Assembly: GCA_035936835.1 (NCBI GenBank)
Contig: DASYVT010000113.1
Location: 8,072 to 72,071, forward strand
Origin: Candidatus Methylomirabilota bacterium
GTDB taxonomy: Bacteria; Methylomirabilota; Methylomirabilia; Rokubacteriales; CSP1-6
Direction: 5' to 3'
DNA length: 64,000 bases
Numbering within the stretch: the first letter of the stretch is position 1; each line of letters starts with the position of its first letter. Shown piece by piece: positions 45,806 to 55,106 of the stretch. The translations under genes and the position numbers were made by a program. Under the pieces are notes generated by a model that saw only the letters and a program-made list of their open reading frames with translations, made no database searches and was not told the origin of the DNA.

Positions 45806-47899
45806 ATGCGACGGGCGCTCGCTGCCGTCGGATGCCTCGCCCTCCTGGTCCTCACCGTCCCCGTCCGGGCGGCAGGACCCGCGGTCCCGCGCTTGTCGCC
45901 CGAGGCGCGCGAGCGCTTCGCCGCCGCGCTCGGGGCGTACAGGGCCCAAGACTGGGCGCAGGCCGCGCGCGAGCTGGGCGACGTCAGCCGCATCGCATCC
46001 CCCATCGCCGAGTACGCGCTGCTCCACCAGGCCGAGAGCCTGGCGCGCCTTGGCGACGCCTCCGCCGCGCGCGCCGCGGCGCTGCAGGCCGCCGACGCCG
46101 CGCCCGACAGCCGCGCCGCGGCGCCCGCGCTTCTCCTTGCCGCCGAACAGGCTTCGCGGATTGGAGACGACGCGGGCGCGGCCGGGCTCTGGCGCCGCTT
46201 CCTCGACCGGTTCCCCGACGACGCCCAGGCGCCGCGGGCGCGGCTCCGCATGGGCCAGTCTCTCGCCGCGGCCGGCCGCGCGGGCGAGGCCGCGGTCGCG
46301 TTCCGCGATCTCTGGCTCTCAGCCCCCGCCACGCCGCAGGCCGATGCGGCGGCGCGGGAGCTTCGCGCCCTCGAGGCGCGAGGCCTTCCCGTCGCCCCAC
46401 TCACCCCGGTCCAGCGCGTCGAGCGCGCGGAGCGCCTGGCGGCAGCCGGTGTCGGTGACCAGGCGCGCACCGAGGCGGAGGCGGTCCTCGCCGGAGCGCG
46501 GCCCGTGGACTTGACGCTGAGGGCGCTCCGCGTGGTGGTGGACGGCGCGCGGCGCTCGGGGCGGGACGATGTGGCGCTCGCGGCGGTCAACCGCGGGCTC
46601 GGGCTGTCGCCCGCCGACAAGCGCGCGCCGTGGCTCCTCGAGTCGGCGAAGATCCAGCAGAGGAAGAACCGGGACGGCGCGATCGCCGCCGTGGACCGGC
46701 TCGCTGCCGATTCCCCGAAGGCGCCGGAAGTCCCCGAAGCGCTCCTTCTCAAGGCGCGGCTCCTCGAATCGGGCCCCGACCCGAAGTCGGCCGAGCCCGC
46801 CTATCTCAGGCTGGCGCACGGCTATCCGGAGTCCGAGGAGGGGCTGCGCGCGGCGTGGCGGCTCGGCTGGCTTTCGTGGCTGCGCGCAGAGTATGCCGAG
46901 GCCGCCGAGCGCTGGGGCCGCATCCAGGGCGTCCGGACGGCCAGCCCGGGCTATCGCGACGCCTCGATGTACTGGATCGGGCGCACGCATGAGCAGCGTG
47001 GAGATGCGGAGGGCGCGGCCAGGCAGTTCGCCAATGTCGTGGCCGAGGCGCCGCGCAGCTACTACGGCGTATTGGCCGCTCGCCGCGCGCCTCGCGCCCA
47101 GGCGAACCCGGCGCGCAACCCCGCCTCGGCCCAGCTCGCGGCCTCGCTGCCGGTCGACCCGCGCGAGACGCTCCAGGCCGACGCGCCATACGCGCGGGTC
47201 GAGGCGCTCCGCGCCGTCGGGCTCGGCGATTTCGCCGACGAGGAAATGGACGAGGCCGTGCGGGGTTCGACGGGCGACCCCCGTCGGCTCTACGCGCTCT
47301 CGGCCGCCTACGCGCAGGAGGCGCGACACTTCCAATCGCTTCGCATCCTGAGGCGGCATTTCATCGGCCTCGCCCGAAGCGCCCCACCCTCGCTACCGCG
47401 GGCCTTCTGGGACTTCTTCTACCCGCTCGGCTGGCGCACGGAGCTGAACGACGCCGCTACGCGCGCGGCGCTGGACCCGTATTTCGTCGCCGCCGTCGTG
47501 CGCGAGGAATCATCTTTCGACCCGCAGGCGCGATCGCGCGTGGGCGCGCGCGGGCTCATGCAGCTCATGCCCGACACCGCGCGCCAGCTGGCCAAGGGGC
47601 GCGGGCTGCCGGCGGGCGACGACATGCTGGCCGATCCCGGCGCCAACCTCGCTCTCGGCAGCCTCTACCTGGCGGGGCTCATGAAGGAGTTCGGGGAGCC
47701 GCGGCTGGCCATCGCTGCCTACAACGCGGGGCCCGCGCGGGTGCGCGAATGGTGGAAGGCGCGGGCCACGGACGATGTCGAGGTCTGGGTGGAGCTCATT
47801 CCCTTCGATGAGACGCGGTTCTTCGTGCGGCGCGTGATGCTCTCGTGGGAGGAGTACCGCCGCCTCTACGGCGCGCCGCTGGCGGGCGCAAGGCCGTGA
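45806..47899 (+). CDS. Lytic transglycosylase domain protein (Slt-like) with an N-terminal TPR/superhelical region
   Basis: SLT catalytic motif (GARGLMQLMPDTA...AYNAGPARV) and a signal peptide. Confidence 0.85.
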   Translation: MRRALAAVGCLALLVLTVPVRAAGPAVPRLSPEARERFAAALGAYRAQDWAQAARELGDVSRIASPIAEYALLHQAESLARLGDASAARAAALQAADAAPDSRAAAPALLLAAEQASRIGDDAGAAGLWRRFLDRFPDDAQAPRARLRMGQSLAAAGRAGEAAVAFRDLWLSAPATPQADAAARELRALEARGLPVAPLTPVQRVERAERLAAAGVGDQARTEAEAVLAGARPVDLTLRALRVVVDGARRSGRDDVALAAVNRGLGLSPADKRAPWLLESAKIQQRKNRDGAIAAVDRLAADSPKAPEVPEALLLKARLLESGPDPKSAEPAYLRLAHGYPESEEGLRAAWRLGWLSWLRAEYAEAAERWGRIQGVRTASPGYRDASMYWIGRTHEQRGDAEGAARQFANVVAEAPRSYYGVLAARRAPRAQANPARNPASAQLAASLPVDPRETLQADAPYARVEALRAVGLGDFADEEMDEAVRGSTGDPRRLYALSAAYAQEARHFQSLRILRRHFIGLARSAPPSLPRAFWDFFYPLGWRTELNDAATRAALDPYFVAAVVREESSFDPQARSRVGARGLMQLMPDTARQLAKGRGLPAGDDMLADPGANLALGSLYLAGLMKEFGEPRLAIAAYNAGPARVREWWKARATDDVEVWVELIPFDETRFFVRRVMLSWEEYRRLYGAPLAGARP

Positions 47900-48390
47900 C
47901 GACGCCGGCCACGGCCGGCTTCTGGCGCCGGCTGCTGGCCCACTGCCTCGACTGCCTGGTCGGCCTCGCCGCCTGGCTCCTCTGCTCGATGTGGCTCGTG
48001 ATCGGCCTCTGGGCGCTCGAGAACCCGCCGCGCGATCTCCTCGACCTGGCGCTGGTGCTCCTGACCACGCCGGCGCTGGCGTTCGCGCTCCACATCGCCT
48101 ACCACGTCGTGCTCGTCGGGGGCTGCGGCCAGTCGCTCGGCAAGATGGCGCTGGGGATCGTGGTGATCGGGCGCGACGGCGGCGCGGTCGGCTATGGACG
48201 CGCGGGGCTCCGGTGTCTCGGCGGGCTCCTCTCCCTTGCGAGCTTCGGGCTGGGCTATGCGGGCGTGCTGTTCACGGCGGAGCGGCGGGGCCTGGCAGAT
48301 TGGCTCGCAGGCACGAGGGTGGTCGTGGTGTCAGCGGCGCCGGCTGCCGCAGCGCCGGGCCCGGCGGAGATGAGCCCGCTCGGCGCCTGA
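47896..48390 (+). CDS. RDD family membrane protein
   Basis: RDD topology. GTG start overlaps the Slt stop (GTGA). Confidence 0.6.
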   Translation: MTTPATAGFWRRLLAHCLDCLVGLAAWLLCSMWLVIGLWALENPPRDLLDLALVLLTTPALAFALHIAYHVVLVGGCGQSLGKMALGIVVIGRDGGAVGYGRAGLRCLGGLLSLASFGLGYAGVLFTAERRGLADWLAGTRVVVVSAAPAAAAPGPAEMSPLGA

Positions 48391-48402
48391 ACGCAGCCCG
48401 GC

Positions 48403-49077
48403 TCAGGGCTTGGGCGCGGCCTCCGCCACGGGCAGGGGTTCCAGAGGCTCGAGCGCGCTGAGCCGCTCTTTGAGCGACGGGCGGATGTCCAGCGCGCCGC
48501 CCGCGCCGGCCAGGCTCCTGACCGGCGCCTCGTCCACGGCGCGGAGCGCCTCGGCAAGGCTCCGGCGCGGCGTTGGCTCGCCCATGTCGCGCAGGATCTC
48601 CACGGCGCGCTGGTCGGCCGCGAGCTCCTGCTTGCGCGAGAAGGCGCGCACCACCAGCGGGTTGACCATGAAATCGAGCAGCCCCACTCCGGGGACGAAC
48701 AAGCCCGCGGCGCCGAAGCCCCCGGTCATGCCGACAGCCATGCGCCGCCGTGTGCCGATATGGTCGAGCACCTCGTGGGCCACCTCGTGGGCGATCACGG
48801 CCTGGAGCACCGGCGTCGGCATCCGCGCGAGCCCGTCCGAGAAGTAGAAGGTCGCGTCCTCGTCCGTGAAGGCCGTCGGGTGCCGGGTCTTGATGAGGGC
48901 AAAGGTGTAGCGCGCCGGGTCGTCGCCGGCGGCCACTGCCGCGCGGTGCAGCGTGTTGGCCACGCGGAGGGTGTTCGGGTCGCCGGGCGGGGGGTAATAG
49001 GTCCCGGCGGGCAACCCCGCGCAGCCTGCGACGAAGATGGCCAGGACGAAGAGCGGCACCGCGGCCCAGCGTGCCAT
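48403..49077 (-). CDS. M48 family metallopeptidase (lipoprotein)
   Basis: HEVAHEVLDH zinc motif and a lipobox (LAGC) in the signal peptide. Confidence 0.75.
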   Translation of the reverse strand: MARWAAVPLFVLAIFVAGCAGLPAGTYYPPPGDPNTLRVANTLHRAAVAAGDDPARYTFALIKTRHPTAFTDEDATFYFSDGLARMPTPVLQAVIAHEVAHEVLDHIGTRRRMAVGMTGGFGAAGLFVPGVGLLDFMVNPLVVRAFSRKQELAADQRAVEILRDMGEPTPRRSLAEALRAVDEAPVRSLAGAGGALDIRPSLKERLSALEPLEPLPVAEAAPKP

Positions 49078-49241
49078 AGGACCTAATATCGTAGACCCAG
49101 GGGCCGCCCATGCCCCAAGGAAAAGGGACGCTTAGGGGCCGGCCAGATCGGGAGGCCCGGGAGTTCACAGCCGCGTGACACGGCTCCCGGCGAACCTGTT
49201 AGCATCGAAGGTGAGTCTCACCACCAGGGAGGCCACAACGC

Positions 49242-50210
49242 ATGCTCGTCAGGCGCGATAGCGACAGAAGGCTCCGCGGAGAGGGCATCCCCTCCCGGGA
49301 GATCACAGACCACGGGGTGTACCTCAACCGCCGGGCCTTCATGACAGGCGCCGCGGCGCTGGCGCTCCTGCCCTGGGGCCGGGAGGCATTCGCCCAGGGC
49401 GCTCTCGAGCCGCTCCAGGCCTCGAAGAGCGCTGCCTATCAGGTGCAGGACGCGCTGACCCCGTACAAGAGCGTGACGACCTACAACAACTTCTACGAGT
49501 TCGGCACCGACAAGGGCGACCCTGCGGCCCATGGCGCGTCGCTCAAGACCCGCCCGTGGACCCTCAAGGTGGACGGGCTCTGCGCCAAGCCCAAGACCTT
49601 CGACATCGACGAGCTGCTCAAGTTCCCGCTCGAAGAGCGTGTCTACCGCCTGCGCTGCGTCGAGGCCTGGTCCATGATCATCCCGTGGATCGGCTTCCCG
49701 CTCTCCGCCCTGCTCAAGCGGGTCGAGCCCACGGGGCAGGCCAAGTACGTGGAGTTCACCACGCTCGTCAACCCGAAAATGTTCCCCGGCCAGAAGCGCG
49801 GGCTCTTCGGCTTCGTGATCGACTGGCCGTACACGGAAGGGCTGCGCCTCGACGAGGCGATGCACCCGCTGACGCTCATGACGGTCGGCCTGTACGGCCA
49901 GGTGCTGCCCAACCAGAACGGCGCGCCGATTCGCGTGGTCGTGCCATGGAAGTACGGCTTCAAGAGCGCCAAGTCGCTGGTGCACATCCGGTTCACGTCC
50001 GAGGAGCCCAAGACCTCCTGGAACAAGGCGTCGCCCGACGAGTACGGCTTCTACTCGAACGTCAACCCCCAGATCAGCCACCCGCGCTGGAGCCAGGCGA
50101 CCGAGCGGCGCATCGGCGAGCTGCGGCGCCGCGATACGCTCATGTTCAACGGCTACGCCGACCAGGTCGCGTCGCTCTACAGCGGGATGGACCTCAAGAA
50201 AGCCTTCTAG
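49242..50210 (+). CDS. msrP: Protein-methionine-sulfoxide reductase catalytic subunit MsrP (YedY)
   Basis: Tat signal ([13 protein letters not shown]) and a sulfite-oxidase-fold MoCo domain. Confidence 0.9.
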   Translation: MLVRRDSDRRLRGEGIPSREITDHGVYLNRRAFMTGAAALALLPWGREAFAQGALEPLQASKSAAYQVQDALTPYKSVTTYNNFYEFGTDKGDPAAHGASLKTRPWTLKVDGLCAKPKTFDIDELLKFPLEERVYRLRCVEAWSMIIPWIGFPLSALLKRVEPTGQAKYVEFTTLVNPKMFPGQKRGLFGFVIDWPYTEGLRLDEAMHPLTLMTVGLYGQVLPNQNGAPIRVVVPWKYGFKSAKSLVHIRFTSEEPKTSWNKASPDEYGFYSNVNPQISHPRWSQATERRIGELRRRDTLMFNGYADQVASLYSGMDLKKAF

Positions 50211-50217
50211 ACGCCCA

Positions 50218-50868
50218 ATGGGCTACCGGGTTCGCGTCGCGCTCAAAGCCGCCGTCTGGATCGGCAGCCTCTGCCCGCTCGGCGTGCTGGTGCGCGGCTT
50301 CCTGACGGACGACCTCGGCGCCAATCCCATCGACTACATCACCCGCACGCTCGGCCTGACGGCCCTCGTGCTGCTGCTGACGAGCCTCGGCATGACACCG
50401 CTCCGCGCGCTCTTCGGCTGGTCCTGGCCGATTCAGATGCGGCGACTGTTCGGGCTCTTCGCCTTCTTCTACGTGTGCCTCCACTTCGCCGTGTGGATCG
50501 GTCTCGACCACTTCTTCGCCTGGCGGCGCATGTGGGAAGACGTGCTCAAGCGCCCGTTCGTCACGGTGGGCATGCTGGCGCTCCTGCTGCTGATCCCGCT
50601 GGCGGCGACCTCCACCTCGGGGATGATCAAGCGGCTGGGCGGGGCCAACTGGCGGCTCCTGCACAAGCTCGCGTACGTGATCGGGGGCCTGGGTGTGCTG
50701 CACTTCCTGTGGCTGGCGAAAAAGGGGCGGACGACGCCGTACTATTTCGCGATCGCGCTGGCGGTCCTGCTGGGCGTGAGGCTCTGGGGCTGGCTGGGCC
50801 GGCGCGCGGCACGCCTCCGGCCGGTGCTGGCTGACGACGGCCGGAACCGGGCGCCCCGGCCGTCGTAG
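50218..50868 (+). CDS. msrQ: Protein-methionine-sulfoxide reductase heme-binding subunit MsrQ (YedZ)
   Basis: Six-TM ferric-reductase-like protein immediately after msrP. Confidence 0.85.
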   Translation: MGYRVRVALKAAVWIGSLCPLGVLVRGFLTDDLGANPIDYITRTLGLTALVLLLTSLGMTPLRALFGWSWPIQMRRLFGLFAFFYVCLHFAVWIGLDHFFAWRRMWEDVLKRPFVTVGMLALLLLIPLAATSTSGMIKRLGGANWRLLHKLAYVIGGLGVLHFLWLAKKGRTTPYYFAIALAVLLGVRLWGWLGRRAARLRPVLADDGRNRAPRPS

Positions 50869-50880
50869 CCCGTCTCGGCG

Positions 50881-51159
50881 CTACTTGGCCGGCGTGTAGT
50901 AGGGGTTGGTGCCCGACGCGTGGTCGGTTGAGTCCAGCACTTCCTCGATCTCGGGCATCTCTTCCTTGATCAGGCGCTCGATGCCGGCCTTGAGCGTCAC
51001 GTCCGCCGCGCCGCACCCCTGGCAGCCGCCGCCCATCTGTATGTAGACCTTCTTGTCCTTCACGTCGACGAGCTGAACGAAGCCGCCGTGCCCCGCCACC
51101 GCGGGGTTGATGGTCGAGTCGATCAGCTCCTGCACCCTGGTCATCAGATCGTCGCTCAT
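50881..51159 (-). CDS. NifU-family Fe-S cluster scaffold (Nfu-type)
   Basis: CxxC motif (GGGCQGCGAA) and a NifU C-terminal domain. Internal ATG start (MSDDLMTRV). Confidence 0.75.
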   Translation of the reverse strand: MSDDLMTRVQELIDSTINPAVAGHGGFVQLVDVKDKKVYIQMGGGCQGCGAADVTLKAGIERLIKEEMPEIEEVLDSTDHASGTNPYYTPAK

Positions 51160-51272
51160 GGGCCCACCTCCCTGGGGCCCATAGCTTACACCCGATCGGC
51201 TCCCTCGCGCCTTGACAGTGACGGCGCCGGCCCCTAGCATCGCCCGAGACCCCCCACCCGGAGGATTCAGCC

Positions 51273-52070
51273 ATGGACTACGCGGAGTACCGGCACCTGA
51301 CCTTCGACCGCCGCCCGAGCGGCGTCGTGCTCATCACCATCAACCGCCCCGAGGTGATGAACGCGACCAACGCGCGGCTTCACTGGGAGCTGACCCAGGT
51401 CTGGCTGACCATCGACGCCGACCCGGCCGCCCGGGTCGCCCTCGTCACCGGCGCGGGACGCGCCTTCTCGGCGGGCGGCGACATGTCGCTGGTGGAGGAG
51501 ATGGCGGGCAACGCCGCCGCGGCGGCCCGCACCATGCGCGAGGCCTCCGACCTCGTCTACAACATCATCAACCTCGACAAGCCCGTCGTCTCGGCGATCA
51601 ACGGCCCTGCGGTAGGCGCCGGGCTCGTCGTCGCGCTCCTCGCGGACGTGAGCATCATCGCCGAGACCGCGCGCATCACCGACGGCCACACGCGGCTGGG
51701 GGTCGCGGCCGGCGACCACGCCGCCATCATCTGGCCGCTCCTCTGCGGCATGGCCAAGGCCAAGTACTATCTCCTGACGAGCGAGTTCCTCGACGGGCGC
51801 GAGGCCGAGCGCATCGGGCTCGTGAGCCGGGCCGTGCCGGCCGACAAGGTCCTGGACGTCGCGTGGACCGTGGCCGAGTCGCTGGCGCGGGGCAGCCAGC
51901 CCTCGATCCGCTTCACCAAGCGCGCGCTCAACAACTGGCTGAGACAAGCGGGACCGATCTTCGACCAGTCGCTGGCCCTCGAGATGCTGACCTTCATGGG
52001 CGACGACGTCCGCGAGGGCATCCAGGCGATCCGCGAGAAGCGCCAGCCGGTCTTCCCCTCGGCGCGGTGA
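51273..52070 (+). CDS. Enoyl-CoA hydratase/isomerase family protein
   Basis: Crotonase-fold motifs ([20 protein letters not shown]). Confidence 0.8.
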   Translation: MDYAEYRHLTFDRRPSGVVLITINRPEVMNATNARLHWELTQVWLTIDADPAARVALVTGAGRAFSAGGDMSLVEEMAGNAAAAARTMREASDLVYNIINLDKPVVSAINGPAVGAGLVVALLADVSIIAETARITDGHTRLGVAAGDHAAIIWPLLCGMAKAKYYLLTSEFLDGREAERIGLVSRAVPADKVLDVAWTVAESLARGSQPSIRFTKRALNNWLRQAGPIFDQSLALEMLTFMGDDVREGIQAIREKRQPVFPSAR

Positions 52071-53644
52071 CCCGGGGCCTCGCGCTCGCCCTGCTGCTCT
52101 GCTGGCCCGGCTGGGCCGCCGCCCAGTCCCCAGGCTGGGAGGAGATCCTCGGCGCGGCCGACCGCGCGTTGGAAGCCGGGCAGGTCGGGGACGCCGAACG
52201 CCTCTACGTCGCCGCGATTACGAAGGCGGAGAGCTTCGGCGAGTCCGACCTGAGGCTCGCCCGGAGCCTGAGCGCCCTCGGTGTCTTGTATCGCGAGCAG
52301 GGCCGTTACCGCGACGCATCGCCGCTCTTCGGCCGCGCGCTGTCCGTGACCGAGAAGGCCGTGTCGCCGGGCGACCGAGCCCTCGTCCCGGCTCTCAACA
52401 ACCTGGGCGCCGTGTGGCTCCAGCAGGGGCAGGCGTCCGCCGCCGAGCCGCTCTTCCGCCGCTCCATGGCGATCGCCGAGAAGGCGCTCGGTCCCGACGA
52501 CCCTTCGACGGCCGCCTCCATGGCCGGGCTCGCCGCCGTGTACCAGGCCCGCGCGCGCTACGCCGAGGCCGAGCCGCTCTATCGCGGCGCCATCCGCATC
52601 TACGAAAAGGCTCTGGGCCTCGCCGACCCCGTGGTGGCGCGGCCGCTGTCGAGCCTGGGCGGTCTATTCAGGGAGCAGGGGCGCTACCGCGACGCCGAGC
52701 CGCTCTATCGGCGCGCGCTGTCCATCGTCGAGCAGGCGCTCGGCCCCGACCACATCCAGACGGCCTTGCCCCTGGGCGGCCTGGCCGCGCTCTACAACGC
52801 GCAGGGGCGGTACCGTGAGGCCGAGCCGCTCTACCGCCGCACGCTCGCCATCCAGGAGCGCGCGTTGGGTCCCGATCACCCGGCGCTGGCGGGCACGCTC
52901 AATGACCTCGGCGACCTCTACCGCGTGCAGGGGCGCTACGTCGACGCCGAGCCGCTCTTCCTCCGCAGCATCGCCATCCGGGAGGCGCGGCTGGGCCCGC
53001 GGCACCCGGACGTGGGGGCGACGCTCGGCAACCTCGGGCTCCTCTACTTCGACCAGCGGCGCTACGCCGACGCCGAGGCCGCCTACAAGCGCGCGCTGGC
53101 CATCCTCGATCCGGGCCCCGGCCGCGAGACTCCGGTGGTGACCGAGTCGTTGAACAACCTGGCGGAGCTCTACCGGGTCCAGGGGCGCTACGCCGAGGCG
53201 GAGCCGCTCTACCGCCGCGCGCTCTCGATCCGCGAGCAGGCGTTAGGTCCCGAGCATCCGAGCGTCGCCACGAGCCTCAACAACCTGGCGGCCTTCTACC
53301 ATGTCCAGGGGCGCTACGCCGAGGCCGAGCCGCTCTACAGGCGCACGCTCGTCATCCTCGAGAAATCAGTAGGCCCGGCGCATCAACGCGTCGGCATCAC
53401 GCTCAACAACCTGGCGGAGGTCTACCGCGCCCAGGGGCGCTGGGAGGACGCGGCCCGGCTCTACCCGCAGGCGATCGCCATCGTCGAGAAGAATCTCGGC
53501 CCGGATCACCCGACGCTGGCGGGCCTGCTGGAGAACTACGCCGGGGTGCTTCGCCGCGCCCGCCGGGACGCCGAGGCGCTCGAGATCGACGAGCGCGCCC
53601 GCGACATCCGCGCGCGCCACTCTATACAAAACCCCCGCCGCTAG
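52067..53644 (+). CDS. Secreted tetratricopeptide-repeat protein (about 11 TPR_12-type repeats)
   Basis: Signal peptide followed by repeated AEPLYRRALxIxExxLGPDHP units. GTG start overlaps the ECH stop (GTGA). The track ORF (51212) over-extends upstream in this frame. Confidence 0.7.
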   Translation: MTRGLALALLLCWPGWAAAQSPGWEEILGAADRALEAGQVGDAERLYVAAITKAESFGESDLRLARSLSALGVLYREQGRYRDASPLFGRALSVTEKAVSPGDRALVPALNNLGAVWLQQGQASAAEPLFRRSMAIAEKALGPDDPSTAASMAGLAAVYQARARYAEAEPLYRGAIRIYEKALGLADPVVARPLSSLGGLFREQGRYRDAEPLYRRALSIVEQALGPDHIQTALPLGGLAALYNAQGRYREAEPLYRRTLAIQERALGPDHPALAGTLNDLGDLYRVQGRYVDAEPLFLRSIAIREARLGPRHPDVGATLGNLGLLYFDQRRYADAEAAYKRALAILDPGPGRETPVVTESLNNLAELYRVQGRYAEAEPLYRRALSIREQALGPEHPSVATSLNNLAAFYHVQGRYAEAEPLYRRTLVILEKSVGPAHQRVGITLNNLAEVYRAQGRWEDAARLYPQAIAIVEKNLGPDHPTLAGLLENYAGVLRRARRDAEALEIDERARDIRARHSIQNPRR

Positions 53645-53768
53645 AAGGCCGGCGAGAAGGGTCCAGATGCGAGGCGGCGCCCGATGGCCGCACGCGAGGC
53701 GTACTCCTGTACGTTGAGCGAGGAGCGACCGAGCCAACGAAGCAGATGGGCCCTTATCGGCGGCCTGG

Positions 53769-54137
53769 TCAGGTGTCGCCGCGGGGGCGGCGGCGGGGGC
53801 GGCGCGGGCCGGGGTCGAGCTCGACCACGAGGCCGTCGCCCCAGCCGTATTTCCTCTTCGAGCGCGCCTGGATGTCGCGGACCAGCGCGGGCGCCGTCTC
53901 GGCCCTGACCACACGCGCCCGCCCACGGAGCCGAGCCGTGCCGACCCGCCAACGCACGCGCGGCTCGATCAGGAGGTTCTGGACCCAGTGGGCGCGCGGG
54001 CCGTGCTCGGACACGAGGTAGTAGCTGCGCCCTCGGCGCGTGAACCAGATCTCGATCTGGCGCGCGTGCCCGGTCTTCCTGCCGCGCGTCGTGAGGTAGA
54101 GGAACTCCTGCTCGTCGCCCGCCGCCGGGTGCGCCAT
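53769..54137 (-). CDS. Deazaflavin (F420)-dependent nitroreductase family protein (DUF385, Ddn-like)
   Basis: YLTTRGRKTGHARQIEIWF and HWVQNL motifs of the PNPOx-like DUF385 family. Confidence 0.7.
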   Translation of the reverse strand: MAHPAAGDEQEFLYLTTRGRKTGHARQIEIWFTRRGRSYYLVSEHGPRAHWVQNLLIEPRVRWRVGTARLRGRARVVRAETAPALVRDIQARSKRKYGWGDGLVVELDPGPRRPRRRPRGDT

Positions 54138-54144
54138 CCTCGCG

Positions 54145-54999
54145 CTACGGGCGCGCGACGCGGGCCGGCTGCCCTGACCACTCCCAGCCGACCGTCGTGC
54201 GAGAGACGCCGAGGAGAAGGCCGCAGAGCGCGGACGGGTGGACCCAGAGCCCGTCGAGCTCGGTCGCGGGGTCCGGGCCGCGGGTCGTGAAGCGGCCGCC
54301 GCGCGCCGCGAGCCGCTCGATGATGGGCCGGACGTCGTCGGCCTCGACGTAGCACATGTAGAGCGAGTCGCCGCGCTTGGCGACCCAGCGCCCCATGGCC
54401 GACTTGGAGTTGGTCACCTGCGAGATCTCGATACGGTCGAGACGGTCCTTCGGGTTGAACATGGCCAGCGTGCCGACGTAGCCGAAGCGCTCGCTCGCGA
54501 TCGGCGAGACCCGCGACGGGTCGAGGTCGAAGATCCGCCTGTAGCGGTCGGCCGCCGCGCGCCAGTCGGAGATGAGCGTGTTGGTCACCTCGTAGAGATG
54601 GCTGACGAGCCCGACGGAGGGGCGCGCGGCGTCGGGCGTAAGCACCACGCGCATGCCGAGGGTTACCGACGGCTCGAGGTAGACCTGCGCGCCCTCCGAG
54701 GCGAAGCGGCAGCCGTGGCGCTCGAGGTTGGCCGTCAGCGCCGCCATGTCGCGCGTCGAGAAGCCTGCGGTCATCAGCCCCTCGCCCTGGGCGCTCAAGT
54801 GCTCGGCGGCCGGACCCGGGCCCGAGGGCTCGCAGAGCTCCACCTCGCTCGAGCCCAGGGCCAGGACGAGCCGCGCGGCGCCGAGATACGCGCTCGGCGC
54901 CGCGCGCACGGGTTGAGCGCCCAGCACCTCGCCGAAGGTCCGCGCGGCAGCCTGCCTGTCCTTGACGACGAGCTGCACCCGGTCGACCCGCTCGAGCAT
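54145..54999 (-). CDS. VOC family protein (two glyoxalase/extradiol-dioxygenase-like modules)
   Basis: Two repeated bab-bbb modules. 8 nt upstream of the DUF385 gene on the same strand. Confidence 0.6.
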   Translation of the reverse strand: MLERVDRVQLVVKDRQAAARTFGEVLGAQPVRAAPSAYLGAARLVLALGSSEVELCEPSGPGPAAEHLSAQGEGLMTAGFSTRDMAALTANLERHGCRFASEGAQVYLEPSVTLGMRVVLTPDAARPSVGLVSHLYEVTNTLISDWRAAADRYRRIFDLDPSRVSPIASERFGYVGTLAMFNPKDRLDRIEISQVTNSKSAMGRWVAKRGDSLYMCYVEADDVRPIIERLAARGGRFTTRGPDPATELDGLWVHPSALCGLLLGVSRTTVGWEWSGQPARVARP

Positions 55000-55106
55000 G
55001 CCGCCTCCCGGAGGGCGGGGCTCATTCGCCGCCGCCTCTGTGCGATAATCCTGACACAAAACGCCCGGATCCGGTCGGAGACCCGAGGGCTCCCGAGGAC
55101 AGAGAC

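Noticed and set aside
42296-46027. 1243-aa minus-strand ORF opposite glnD
   Set aside because: Antisense to glnD (HD, NTase and ACT domains on the plus strand). No recognisable domains. Its apparent repeats merely mirror the intergenic tandem repeat.
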